A DNA stretch of 64,000 bases. It comes from Nitrosopumilus sp. Lineage in GTDB: Archaea > Thermoproteota > Nitrososphaeria > Nitrososphaerales > Nitrosopumilaceae. The notes beneath the pieces are model-generated. The model saw only the letters and a list, made by a program, of their open reading frames with translations, was not told the origin of the DNA and searched no databases. The translations under genes were made by a program, and so were the position numbers. Below, one piece after another: positions 51,982-64,000 of this stretch. The stretch covers positions 192,001 through 256,000 of the forward strand of contig OZ241857.1 of assembly GCA_965203315.1 (NCBI GenBank), read 5' to 3'. Numbering within the stretch: the first letter of the stretch is position 1; each line of letters opens with the position of its first letter.

Positions 51982-54870
51982 TATATAATGACACAAAGTT
52001 TGAGGGGTGCCTCTAGATGGGCACCTCAAAGGCGTCAACCTTTGATGATGTGCTATGTATAATACGAGCATCTGCAACGAGTACCTCTGATCTAGGCAAA
52101 CGATTCGAGAGACTGACCAAAGACTTTTTCAAGATAGATTCAATGTATAGTAGACGATTCAGACGCGTCTATCTGTGGTCAGAGTGGCCCAAACGAGACG
52201 GCACAGACACGGGAATCGATATTGTGGCAGAACAGTTTGATGGTACACTCTGTGCTGTACAATGCAAGTGCTATGATGACTATGCCAGTCTAGACATGAA
52301 GTCGGTTGCCAAGTTTCTGGCCAAAGCAAACTCGCTCGGTATAGAGAACAAGATTCTAGTGTATACCGGCGATACATTTACTAGTCATGCACAAAAGTTG
52401 TTGCTTGACTCCAAGTGTTCCATAATAGATCAAGAACACTTTCGTAGTTCTAGTATCGATTGGAGTGACTATCCAAAGCTTGTACGAGTCAAAGATCAAA
52501 AACAGCTCAGACCTCATCAGGTATCTGCACTAAAAGACGTGATACATGGATTTCAAAAATATGATCGTGGTAAACTGATCATGGCGTGTGGTACAGGCAA
52601 GACTCTAACAGCACTGCACATTGCAGAAGAACAGGTCGGTATAGGTGGTATAGTACTGTATGTTGTACCTTCTATCTCTCTGATACTACAGAGTATGCGA
52701 GAGTGGTCCGACAACGGTACCATACAACATAGTTACATGGCTGTATGTTCAGATAAATCTACAGGCGAAGACGGTTCCATAACAGAACTAGAGTCACCGG
52801 TATCTACAGATCATATGACACTACGCCCCTACATTGTATCACGACCAAAAGATGCAATGACAGTAATATTCTCTACGTATCATTCTATAGACGTTATAAA
52901 ACAAGCTGCAAAAGATGTCCAGTTTGATCTGATACTATGTGATGAAGCTCATCGTACAACGGGCGTAGAAGACAAGTCGTTCTTTACAGCTGTACACAAG
53001 GACACAAACATACACGGCAAGAAACGACTCTACATGACTGCTACACCTCGTGTGTACAGCGATGTTATACAAGCCAAGATGGGCAAGGTAATCTATTCTA
53101 TGGATGATGAAGAGAGATATGGGCCAACATTCCATAGACTGAGTTTTACAGCTGCAGTACAACAAAAGGTACTCTCTGACTTTAGAGTCAAGATTGCAAT
53201 CGTACCAGCTGATAAAATAGACGCACAGTTTCAGCAATCGGTAACAGACGAGGACCACTCCATACCGTTAGACGAACGTACGTTACTTGCAGCTGTATGG
53301 CACGGCATACAGTATCCCGATGATAATAAAACACCAAAACTGTTACAACGTGTTATAGCATTTGCAAATCGTATAGACCGTTCTCAAATGTTTGCAGGCG
53401 AGATAACAGACGGAAACAACATTGATCGCAGTTTTGCAAATATCGTATCCCAGTATGAAGAAAAAAAGAACACGGGACATAAAGTCCAAGTCAAACACAT
53501 GGACGGCAAGACTAGGGCAATAGAACGAAGAGACAAACTACGTTGGTTAGACGAGAGTACTGATGATCCCAACACTTGTAGAATAGTCTCTAATGCCAGA
53601 TGCCTATCTGAGGGTATAGATGTACCTGCTCTGGACGGTGTAATCTTTTTAAATCCGCGCAAGTCTCGAGTCGATGTAGTCCAGTCTGTAGGTCGAGTCA
53701 TGCGTAGATCAGCAGGTAAGAAATATGGCTATGTGATATTACCTGTTGCAATTCCAGCTGGTGTAGAATATCACAAGGCACTAGACAACAACAAGACTTT
53801 TGCTGTCGTATGGCAGGTACTAAACGCACTACGATCCCATGACGAGTCGTTTGGTGCCGAGATCAACAGTCTGATACTGGACAAAAATACAGAGAATACG
53901 AGTCCCACTCCTAGAATCAGCGTATCTGTTCTAGATGATACATTTATCGAGAGTGAACCGATTACAAAGTTCTTTGATCATGTAAAGTCTCAGCTGGTCA
54001 AAAAGGTAGGAGATGTAGACTATTATGACAAGTACGGTGAAAAGATTGGTTCTGCAGCTAGTACGATACAGTCTAGAATCGAAAATCTGTTAAAGACAAA
54101 TGATACCATACAACACGAGGTATCTAAATTTCATAAATCACTACAAGATCTGATAAACGATACCATATCTGAATATGATACTGTACAGGCCCTAGCACAC
54201 CACATGGTACTTGCTCCTGTATTTGATGGACTATTTACAGGACAGTTCACATCATACAATCCGATATCTAGAGCATTTGAAGATATCATATGTACCATGG
54301 GACTACGCGAAGAGCTCGAGATCCTAGAAGAATTTTATGATGAGGTACAGCAAGAGATCAAGAACATCAATACAGGTACAGCAAGACAAGAGTTCATCAA
54401 GAGAATATACGGAAATTTCTTTGAATCTGCTGATAAAAAAGGAACAGAACAACACGGTATCGTATACACACCTGTACAGATCGTCGATTTTATAATACAT
54501 AGTGTACAGTATATTCTCAAGAAGGAATTCAACACCGAATTTGCAGACCGACAAGTCAAAGTTCTAGACCCATTCACAGGCACAGGAACGTTCCTTGCAC
54601 GACTCATAGAATCTGGATATCTGGGTGAGAACATTTATGAAAAATACAAACACGATCTATACGCAAACGAACTGATCCTACTAGCATATTACGTTGCAAC
54701 TGTAAACATCGAGACGGTATATTCTAGTGTACGAAACGGACACAGACATGTTCCGTTTGATGGCATCAGTTATACCGATACTTTGAAACTAAACCCACAG
54801 TACAGAGAAGATGACGAAATTGAGAGAAGAAATTACCAGCAAAAAATACATGGCGAACATTTCAAAAAAG

Positions 54871-56569
54871 GTATGAGGTTAGGTCTCACGCACAACTTTT
54901 AGGAGTGTATCATAGACGTTGAGACCTTGTTGCTCCCATGTTGTTACACATGTAAAGATATTGCCAACTCGTCGTTTACTCTCCTCAGATACAATACGTT
55001 GAGTTACCTTGCGGAATAGCACCATTGATCGTATAGCTCGCTCTGCTCTGTTGTTTGTGTATTCCATACCATAGTATAGCACAAATGTGTATAGATCATC
55101 TGCAGCATTAGCTAAATGAACTCCAAATTTACGACAAGATTCGTTGTCTAGTTTCTTGTACTCTGCTGCAAGTGATAATGTCTTTTGCACTAGATCATCT
55201 ACTCTGTATTTTAGGTATATGTCCACATGATTGGGATTGTCCACCTGTAGTGCTTTTGCAATTTCAAGTAGTTTCTGCAATCTTTTGTACATTAGTACAG
55301 TATGTACGTCACACATTGTATCTTTTGCATTTCGCAGTATGTGCGCCCAACAACGTTGCCGTACATTGAATAGTTTGTACACGACATATCCATCCGACAC
55401 GAGTGGTATCAGAATATACTTTTTGAACGTTTTTTCTAGAAAATCTTTTGTACGCTCTGGCGATATGATGAATTGCGTACCATAATCGCCGACAAGAACC
55501 CAGACCCATCCCAATTTCGCAGCAAGGGACATCGACGTCTCATCCATGTAGATTACCTTGGATTTTAGGTTCATTCTCTCTATTTTTTTGACATATTTGT
55601 CTAGTTTATCGGCAATCGTGTCTATTGCCCCCGTTACCATCTTTTTAGATATACACGGGTCTAGGCATTGAAGAGTACTAGTTATTGTTCTGATACTACA
55701 GCCATTCTTTCTCATTATGGTTGCAATCACGCCTAGAATTGGGCACAACATTGTGTTGTGTAGTATGTCTGGGATGCTGTCGAATGTATCGCCTGATGCG
55801 CCACAATCTCTACAGTTGTAAAAGTATCCGATATGGAGTATGTGCAATATTATGATCTGTATGTCAATCGTTCTCTTTTGTCTAGACCTCTTGTTGTCAA
55901 CATGCTTACTGCCACATCCATCACACTTTTCTTTTTTATGATGTCTTGTCTTGTCTGTTTTTATGTTGTCGGAAACTCCTTTGTGACCCTTGTCTTGTCC
56001 TGCTTTTTTCCATTCGCTTTTAGATTTTCTTGTACCCTTTTTTACATGATCTGGTTGTTTTGATGAGGGTACGTTAGAATTGTCGAGCTGCTTGCGTCTC
56101 GTTTCTTTGTTCTTGGCCTGTGCTGTTTGTACCTCTATCTTTTCTTTTTTACCCTCTATCTTTTTTCTGGTGTTACGAATCTTGGTCTGTGATAGTTGTT
56201 GACCACGTTCTATAATTTTGATCATCCTTTGGAATACATTAAAACAATCATTGATTGAATTTGGAGATACTTGGAGTCCCATAATTGTAGCAAGTAAAAT
56301 CTCGTACAGTTTCATATTCATTCTCTTCTGCTTTGCAACTTGTTTTTGTAGACTCGTAATGGTCTCTTGTTGTTGTTCGATGGTATCATTTTGCTGCTTG
56401 ACAGTATCCTCTAGATCTGCTATCTTGGCAGATGTCTCCCTATCTTTTTTGGTAGTCTTTTGTCTCGCGATCTGTCTAGACATTGTCATAATTGGTAATG
56501 TTTGGATTTAGCCTAGATTATCTAGAAAAGTTGTCCCTTTTGGTAGATCTTTTAAACCTAACCTCGTAC
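54871..56569 (-). mobile_element. IS66-like element with intact ends
   Basis: TIR GTAYGAGGTTAGGT; TSD CAAAAAAG. Confidence 0.92.
54879..56489 (-). CDS. IS66-family transposase
   Basis: MDET, SDGY, QRCWAH and TNNRAER motifs. Confidence 0.92.
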   Translation of the reverse strand: MTMSRQIARQKTTKKDRETSAKIADLEDTVKQQNDTIEQQQETITSLQKQVAKQKRMNMKLYEILLATIMGLQVSPNSINDCFNVFQRMIKIIERGQQLSQTKIRNTRKKIEGKKEKIEVQTAQAKNKETRRKQLDNSNVPSSKQPDHVKKGTRKSKSEWKKAGQDKGHKGVSDNIKTDKTRHHKKEKCDGCGSKHVDNKRSRQKRTIDIQIIILHILHIGYFYNCRDCGASGDTFDSIPDILHNTMLCPILGVIATIMRKNGCSIRTITSTLQCLDPCISKKMVTGAIDTIADKLDKYVKKIERMNLKSKVIYMDETSMSLAAKLGWVWVLVGDYGTQFIISPERTKDFLEKTFKKYILIPLVSDGYVVYKLFNVRQRCWAHILRNAKDTMCDVHTVLMYKRLQKLLEIAKALQVDNPNHVDIYLKYRVDDLVQKTLSLAAEYKKLDNESCRKFGVHLANAADDLYTFVLYYGMEYTNNRAERAIRSMVLFRKVTQRIVSEESKRRVGNIFTCVTTWEQQGLNVYDTLLKVVRET

Positions 56570-58921
56570 CAAAAAAGCATATAAACGCATTAAACATCAA
56601 ACAGGTTCGCATCTACACGTCATACTTGGTAATCCACCTTATTCTATGGGCCAAAGTAATTTCAATGATCAGAATCAAAACATACAATATCCTGTTCTTG
56701 ACAAAAGAATTGAAGACACATATCTCAAAAAAGTCAAAGAGATTGACAAAAATATTGGACGATTGTCATCACTCTACGACTCTTACATTAGATCCTTACG
56801 CTGGGCATCTGATAGAATAGGCGGATCCGGAATCATAAGTTTCGTCACAAATGCTGGATTTACTAGTTCAGCATCTGGTGCAGGCGTCCGCGCCTCTCTC
56901 CACGAAGAATTCACAGACATTTACTGCTTTGACCTGCGAGGAAATCAACGAACGCAGGGAGAAATATCAAAGAAAGAAGGAGGAAAAATATTCGGTTCAG
57001 GCTCGCGCGCACCAGTCGCCATCACAATACTAGTCAAAAACCCAAACAAGAAAAAACACGCCATACACTACAAAGATATCGGCGACTATCTATCCAGAGA
57101 AGAAAAACTAGACACAATATCAAAATACAAGTCCATCCAACACATCAAAGACTGGGATACCATCACACCCGACAAGCACCACGACTGGGTTGGTCAACGC
57201 TCCGACGAGTTTGAACAGTACACAGCAATGGGCAACAAAGAGACCAAGGCTGGTAAAGAGGTTAGTGCAATGTTCAAATTATATTCACTAGGCGTATCAA
57301 CAAATCGTGACACATGGGTTTACAACTCATCTAAAGAAAATCTATCAAAAAATATGAAACGAACTATTGATTACTGTAACAAACAAGATTTGTCAAATCC
57401 CATACTTGATCCCAAATTTGTAAAATGGAGCCCAAATCTAACTAGTCGATTAAAAAAACACAAAACTGTTTTTAATAAAAAATGTATTAGAATTTCTATA
57501 TACAGACCATTTTTTAAACAATTTCTATATTTTGACAAAATATTCAATGAAGCTTTATCAACAATGCCAAAAATTTTTCCAAAAGTAGGCTCTGAGAACC
57601 TCGTTATTATAGTTCCGTACAATTATAGTGGAATCTCTTCCACACTCATCAGTACTATTACTCCAAATCTAGAAGTAATTCATCATGGTCAATGCTTTCC
57701 TTTATACACATACGAAAATGGAGAGAAAAAGATCAACATCACGGACTACGTCTTAAATCAGTACCGAGATCACTATAACGACAAGACAATAACCAAAGAG
57801 GACATCTTTTACTATACGTATGGTCTGTTACACCATGAAAAATACAAAAAGAAATTTGCAAGCAATCTATCCAAAGAACTACCACGAATCCCAATGGCTC
57901 CAAACTTTCAAGCATTTGTCACAGCTGGACGCAAACTAGCAGATCTACACATACACTACGAGACCTGTAAAAAATATCCACTCAAACCTAAAGCCAACTT
58001 TGGCAAGCTCCAAAAGATGACATTTCTTAAAGATGACAAAACAAGTCTAAAAATCAACGGGATAGTAGCTTTTGAAAACATGCCTGATATCAAGTATACT
58101 GTAAATGGTCGTACACCATTAGAATGGATGGTTGACAGATACGAGCACAAAGTCGATAAAAAAGGTGGCAGTTATATCATAAACGATCCTACTGAGGAGA
58201 TGACCGAAGAAAAAACAATAGCAATGATTCAGCGACTCGTACATGTCGGTGTCGAATCCGACAAGATCATTAAAGAACTATCCAAAGAACCGTTTGAACC
58301 GAAAGCGTGGAAACCCACACCATCCGGTCTAGATAGATACACCAACCCTAAAAATTATCAGTCAAAGTTGAGAGGTTGAACTATCATGAGCGGTCAGCCT
58401 GAGCTCCATCCTGTGCTCGGACACAAAATTGAAATTTTTTGACATATGAGATAAATTTTCAATGGGTGACAACTATCGGACAGAGTTTTGTGTAACATCA
58501 GTCATCCCAAATGTGCGGATCTGTTAGAATATCGTTAATGTTAATTTACAAACATTACAAGATTTACTAACCTTTGCAATCTTTATTCATCTAGTATAAT
58601 ATCTATCATTGAAGGCACAAACGATCGGTCTGATAATGGGCATCATATTTGTAGGATCTATACAATACTCGTCTGGGATCGGTGAGTTTGAAGAGATAGA
58701 CAATTGGGGTTCATTTGGAATATCGGCTCATGGCAAGTTCTCTTACCCACAGTTCATTGACGTAGACTCTGACGGAAATATCTATGTGACAGATCTTGGG
58801 AACAAGCGTGTCCAAAAGTTTCTGAGCGATGGCCAGTTTGTTGCTATGTGGGGTACTAGTGGAAAAGCAGATGGTCAGTTTTATCATCCGTCTGGAATAG
58901 TAACATACAACGATACAGTAT

Positions 58922-60167
58922 CAGACATCGCAAATGTACGTGTAAATTTTGGCATCTAGGGTGCAATCGGCTCAGGCGGAGGCTCAGGTGGGATCTCGAT
59001 CAATGTTTGCACTGTTTTAAGAAACAAGCTTTGGTACATCTTGTGAGATGTGATACCTTCAACCAACAATACAAGATTGAATATAGTCCACAAGTTTAGC
59101 AACATTTGTGCAGACATGAACATGTATGTTCTACACGGTGTTGATCTACTGTGAGTTCTAACACGCATATTTCGAGTAAATTTGAATCCATTCTCAATCT
59201 CCCAACGATCGCGATATTTCTCTAGATCAATATTTGGATCATTTGTTGCAAATGCTCTATACTCTTCTGGGTCATCTCTGTCACGAGTTATTATGATGTA
59301 ACATCCTGCTTGATCCTTGTTGTTCTTTATTACATATTTTGACACTCTAACTCGTTCTCCTCGTTTGTATTCCTCTATTGCTTTTTTTATGCCAGAAGTG
59401 TTTACGCATGGCATCAGATATTTGTGTCTAGTTCCATTCAAGAATTTGATCATAGCAACTGAATAAAACCCACGATCGGCAACAAACAGCGCTGGTCTTG
59501 TAGAGTTTATTTCGTAAAAATCTACAATTTTAGGCATAAAATCAGCATTTTTTTCCCCTTTTTTGACTGAAAATGTAGATAAAACAAGTCTTGTGCCGGG
59601 GTTGACCAGCTGTGCAGAGATGTGTGTCTCAAATACAGTCGTACCATCTTTCGCTCTACCCTTAATCAGATCTGGATTATCTTTATCATATCTTGAAAAA
59701 CTCGTTCTGTCTACTCCAATGATAGGATGTCGAGGAAAGCGACCAAGCCGTTTTAGCTCTGACAGGTGTTGCGTCACGGCATACTTGAATATCTCATCTA
59801 TCGGTTTCTCACACGTCTCTTCGATCCTCTTCCTAATCCATTCGCCTGTAGGTGCATAACCATCACTATCTCTGATCAATCTGGAACGATCAGCAGGAGA
59901 TTTGTTTGCTACTGCCGCATCTATGATGATCTTGAGTCCGTCCCATTTTGTGTATTTGGCATTGTGATAATTAGATACTTTGAATGGTATCTGATCCATA
60001 GCGTTTATGAAAATATATCTATAAGTAGAACGGTTTCTAGATACTGCTTGTCTCAGCGAGTCTGATTGTTTGCGCATTAGATTCCTGAGACATGCAATCC
60101 TTATTGACTTTGTTTGATCGATATTTTTGATCTTTTGGTTAAATTATAGTTACTTTTGCGATGTCTG
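58922..60167 (-). mobile_element. ISH3/IS4-like insertion sequence
   Basis: TIR CAGACATCGCAAA; TSD AGTAT. Confidence 0.92.
58956..60077 (-). CDS. ISH3/IS4-like DDE transposase
   Basis: GVDRT, ADRGF and YRDRWEIENGF motifs. Confidence 0.9.
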   Translation of the reverse strand: MRKQSDSLRQAVSRNRSTYRYIFINAMDQIPFKVSNYHNAKYTKWDGLKIIIDAAVANKSPADRSRLIRDSDGYAPTGEWIRKRIEETCEKPIDEIFKYAVTQHLSELKRLGRFPRHPIIGVDRTSFSRYDKDNPDLIKGRAKDGTTVFETHISAQLVNPGTRLVLSTFSVKKGEKNADFMPKIVDFYEINSTRPALFVADRGFYSVAMIKFLNGTRHKYLMPCVNTSGIKKAIEEYKRGERVRVSKYVIKNNKDQAGCYIIITRDRDDPEEYRAFATNDPNIDLEKYRDRWEIENGFKFTRNMRVRTHSRSTPCRTYMFMSAQMLLNLWTIFNLVLLVEGITSHKMYQSLFLKTVQTLIEIPPEPPPEPIAP

Positions 60168-61443
60168 AGTATTCGTCGTGGATCGAGATCTACATCACGT
60201 TCAACAGTTCACACTCGACGGTGAGTTCATCAAGGTGTGGGGAGAACGTGGATCCAATGATGGCGACCTCTTGTATCCTAACGATATTGCTTTATATGAC
60301 GAGATACTATATGTTGCCGATACCGGAAATCAACGCATTCAAGTCTTTTGGACAAACGGTACATACATCAAGAGCATCGGTTCTAGTGGATTAACTCCTG
60401 GCAAGTTTCTCACCATCTCTAGTATTGACACAGACTCTGACGGTAATCTCTATGTTGCAGATCAAGGGAATAAAAAGATCGAAAAATTTACAGCTGATGG
60501 AGATCTAGTTACTACATTTGATTTTGGAACTCGAGATTACGAGTTTGTACCGAGTAGTGTACTGGTTGATACAAACGATATGCTGTTGATTGTAAATGAA
60601 GCAGACAATCGTATACTGTATGTCTCACAAAACTCTACATCTCATCTAAACAATATTGATCAACGAGGACCATTTATTGATAAATATGGTGTGATAACAG
60701 ATATGACAATTGGAATAAATGGCGAGATACTGCTAGTGGATTCCACATCTCACAAGATTCGCTCGTTTACATCTCCTTACTATGTAGCACCACCTTTTGT
60801 AACCAAAGCAGCTCAAAACACATCAACGACTACAGTACACCTTGACAAGACAAAACCAACTCTTGTGGTACCTGGTCCAATAACCTCTGAAGCTACTGAC
60901 AAATTCAATGATGTATACCTTGGTGAAGCAAACGCAACTGATACTAGTGGTATTCGTGGAATCACAAATACGGCACCAAAACTCTTTACTCCGGGTACAA
61001 CTATAATACGATGGGTCGCATTTGATAATGCAGGATATACATCATCTGCCACTCAAGCCGTTACCGTATTGGTTTGTGGTAAAACCATATACGACTATAA
61101 TCTCATAGAGGGCACATCTGGTGATGATATACTGATGGGTACTGATAAAGATGATCTGATCTTTGGTCTTGGCGGCAACGATATCATCTCTGGTGGTTTG
61201 GGCAATGACTGTATCTTTGGCGGTCTTGGCGATGATATCATCTCTGGAAATGATGGTTCTGATACAATAAGAGGCAACGATGGCAACAACATAATACAAG
61301 GTCAAGATGGATATGATGTGATTTATAGTAGCAGTGTATATGACATTATTGTGTCAGACTCGCACGATCAATGTTATCTGAATGATATTAACACATCTAT
61401 AGATTGTAACTAATAGTAGCTAAAGTACAAAAGCATACGACTA

Positions 61444-61574
61444 TAGTCACGAACGGAATTGTTTTCTTGTTTACTTTTGCATATGTGAGATCAGAGGCGA
61501 AATTTACCTCTAGCGGAACGGATAATACCAAATTGTGATACTATGCACTCGGAAAATTATTATGTTCATGACTA
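61444..61574. mobile_element. MITE family A
   Basis: Inverted copy of 404-534; TA TSD. Confidence 0.9.
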
Positions 61575-61688
61575 TAGAATTGAACGACTTTACGTTTGTG
61601 TCGTGCTCTCAAAGAGTGGTAGGTTTTTTGACCTCTGATTTTTTTGTTAGACGTAAACTGTGTTCCATGATCAGATAGTATCTGTGCC

Positions 61689-61801
61689 AGTTCTCTTCAG
61701 CTTGTGTGGGACGAATGGTTACAGAAAAAGCGCGACAAGATCCTATGAGAGAAACTAACAAAAAGCCTTGAGGAACACCATTACATAAATCGAAAAGATC
61801 C
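61689..61801. mobile_element. MITE family E
   Basis: Direct repeat of 62892-63006. Confidence 0.7.
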
Positions 61802-61911
61802 AATAATTTTCATTTAAAACAACTGCAGGTCAAGGGCGAACAACTTTTGTATTCTGCAACCCCTTTTATCCAAACATAAAATATATAAGTCTATACGGTA
61901 AAGTATAGTAT

Positions 61912-62370
61912 ATGAATAGATCCGCACTAGATGTTGCTAATTATTATATCGAGAACAGCGATTATACAAAGACCAATCTCCAAATAATCAAATTAACGTA
62001 CATTGCACACGGTCACATGTTGGCAATGTGTGACGAACCTCTGATCATAGACGATGTAGAAGCATGGAAACATGGACCAGTCATACCAACCATATATCAT
62101 AAATTCAAACAATGGCAATTATCTCCTATTGGAAAAATATCATATTCGCCGGATCCGTTTGTAAAGAAAGAGAAAGAAGTGTTAGATACGGTGTTTGCAT
62201 ATTATGGACGATATTGTGGATATTATCTATCACAAATTACTCATGAAGATAGTTACTCACCTACACCATGGAAACAATGCTATGTGCCAGGCAGAAATGC
62301 AATAATACCGGATGAAGTTACTAAGGCATATTACAAAATCCTGACTGAGGCTCAAACAAATGGTCACTAA
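61912..62370 (+). CDS. Panacea (DUF4065/SocA-like) antitoxin
   Basis: TNLQIIKLTYIA, EAWKHGPVIP, LSQITH and PW motifs. Confidence 0.88.
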   Translation: MNRSALDVANYYIENSDYTKTNLQIIKLTYIAHGHMLAMCDEPLIIDDVEAWKHGPVIPTIYHKFKQWQLSPIGKISYSPDPFVKKEKEVLDTVFAYYGRYCGYYLSQITHEDSYSPTPWKQCYVPGRNAIIPDEVTKAYYKILTEAQTNGH

Positions 62371-62827
62371 TACAGATGCAACAAGTGGGCTTATATAGTC
62401 ATGAACATAATAATTTTCCGAGTGCATAGTATCACAATTTGGTATTATCCGTTCCCTAGAGGTAAATTTCGCCTCTGATCTCACATATGCAAAAGTAAAC
62501 AAGAAAACAATTCCGTTCGTGACTATAGAAAGTAAAATTAAAAGAGGAAATAACAGAATTGAGATTGCAAAATACCAAACCCAAAGTAACATGAGTACTG
62601 GACAGGATGGTCTTACACGAAATGTTCAACTTTGGATAATAATACCCACATTAACATTCAATAGTTTTGGATTATTTATGTTGATGTTCATAACATTTCA
62701 TTTTATATATTCTGAACCACCAGTACAATGGATATGGATAGCTCTAATCACCGCCTTTGCTGGACTACCATATGGTTTTGCATCTACGATCAAAAGACTC
62801 ATCAGTGCACTGCCAGGTACTGACTAG
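62360..62827 (+). pseudogene. Two-TM membrane protein (putative toxin) interrupted by MITE A
   Basis: ATG overlaps the antitoxin end; removing the MITE restores MVTNTDATSGLIESKIK.. (111 aa). Confidence 0.7.
62396..62525. mobile_element. MITE family A
   Basis: Copy of 404-534; TA TSD. Confidence 0.9.
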
Positions 62828-62891
62828 CGTCGTTAACTGCTAGACATTTGATTTTTTTAAATGTCGACTAGTCAGCATATCAAATCCTGAT

Positions 62892-63178
62892 GGATATTTT
62901 TGGTTGACGTGGAATGAATGGTTACAGAAAAAGCGCGACAAGATCCTATGAGAGAAACTAACAAAAAGCCTTGAGAAACACCATCCCACGTAAATCGAAT
63001 AGATCCATGTGCAGAAACAAGTTTACATTCGTATTTATCGATCCAGACTATTCTTGATTGCTAGTCGGGTCTTTTCGATTTACGTAAAATGGTATTTTAC
63101 AAGACTTTGTGCTATTTTCCATATAATCTCATAGCGCTATTTCTGCGCCAATTCTATTCCGGGTAGACCGAAAATATC
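62892..63178. mobile_element. Two MITE family E copies (62892-63006 and 63068-63178)
   Basis: Share the TAAATCGAA.AGA.CC terminus, in opposite orientations. Confidence 0.6.
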
Positions 63179-63291
63179 CGATCTATATACTATATATTAT
63201 ATACTATGTGGTATATAGTACATTGTATAGTATTTACATTACGTAATCTATGTCTGATATTGGTAAATAACCTTCAACATGATTTAAATCA

Positions 63292-64000
63292 ATGAGAACC
63301 AAAACAACATCGATACTGGTTATTGCGTCCTTGATCGTAATAATGCCAGTGACGACTGCACAAGCTGATTCGTTGCCTGATCCACCACAATCTGGTGTTG
63401 ACTTTAATCTGATAGGTGCAGGTGCAACATTTCCATTCCCATTGATTGATCTGTGGCGTGTCGAGTATAACAAAATATACGACAACGTAAATCTAAACTA
63501 TCAATCTATCGGTAGTGGGGGAGGAATCAAACAACATATAGAAAAGACACTAAACTTTGCTGCATCAGACAAACCAATGAGTGAGAAAGAACTTGAACTA
63601 GCGCCAGGTACACTACACATCCCTGAATCAATGGGTGGCGTAGTTCTGGTGTATAACATACCTGAAATACCCGACAAGGGACTAAAACTGACTGGCGAGA
63701 TAATATCCCAGATATATTTGGGCGAGATTACAAAATGGAACGATCCTGCAATTACTAGCATCAATCCAGATCTGAATCTACCTGACAAGGATATTTTTCC
63801 TGCACGTAGATCAGACGGTTCTGGAACTACGTTCATCTTTACTGAATATCTCTCTGTGATCAGCTCTGATTGGGACGAAAAGATTGGTAAAGGCAAATCT
63901 GTTCAATGGCACAAAAGCCTGGGTGGGGCTGCAGCTCCTGGTAACGAAGGCGTTGCAGGTATCGTAAAATTAACTGAGTATGCTATAGGGTATATTGAAC
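63292..64000 (+). CDS. pstS: Phosphate ABC transporter substrate-binding protein (runs off the window)
   Basis: GAGATFPFP, YQSIGSGGG and RRSDGSGTT motifs; absent from the ORF track because there is no stop in the window. Confidence 0.93.
   Translation, partial: MRTKTTSILVIASLIVIMPVTTAQADSLPDPPQSGVDFNLIGAGATFPFPLIDLWRVEYNKIYDNVNLNYQSIGSGGGIKQHIEKTLNFAASDKPMSEKELELAPGTLHIPESMGGVVLVYNIPEIPDKGLKLTGEIISQIYLGEITKWNDPAITSINPDLNLPDKDIFPARRSDGSGTTFIFTEYLSVISSDWDEKIGKGKSVQWHKSLGGAAAPGNEGVAGIVKLTEYAIGYIE

Larger units (their letters stand above)
52017..58379 (+). pseudogene. Type ISP restriction-modification enzyme interrupted by IS66
   Basis: Mrr-like nuclease (AVQCK), SF2 helicase (GTGKT, DEAH), DPFTGTG, then NPPY and TRD after the insertion. 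Frame is restored on removing the IS (about 1550 aa). Confidence 0.92.
58609..61413 (+). pseudogene. Secreted NHL-repeat / HYR-like / RTX Ca-binding protein interrupted by an ISH3-like IS
   Basis: Empty site reads NDTVFVVDR in frame; NHL repeats; GLGGND/GGLGND repeats. Confidence 0.88.

Noticed and set aside
51795-52016. IIHYPLS-repeat ORF, or a CRISPR-like array
   Set aside because: Translation of a spacerless 7-bp microsatellite; no CRISPR array or cas genes were seen in the window.

Overview
Archaeal DNA, most likely from a Nitrosopumilaceae (thaumarchaeal) genome. The serpin/subtilase content and extreme IS/MITE load suggest a host-associated, possibly sponge-associated, lineage (inference). 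Core genes: SRP RNA, trxB, thi4, sulfite reductase plus rhodanese, S-layer protein, collagen-like protein, argS, HAD phosphatase, DRG GTPase, NUDIX, split metH and pstS. They are interleaved with nested IS5-, ISH3-, IS1595-, IS630-, IS66- and IS110-family elements, at least four MITE families, two disabled restriction systems and a disrupted Panacea toxin-antitoxin pair. Main candidates for new biology: (1) the S-layer gene lies between two inverted, identical 28-bp sites that contain its start codon and overlap an 11-6-11 tyrosine-recombinase-like dyad, and only the distal site has a TATA box, suggesting an invertible S-layer expression switch; (2) an IS1111/IS110-type element inserted at the same position in both terminal repeats of an IS66, with candidate guide segments in its 3' non-coding region; (3) serpin genes that are each followed by a degenerate tRNA-like end. 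Coordinates were read by eye and may be off by a few bases.
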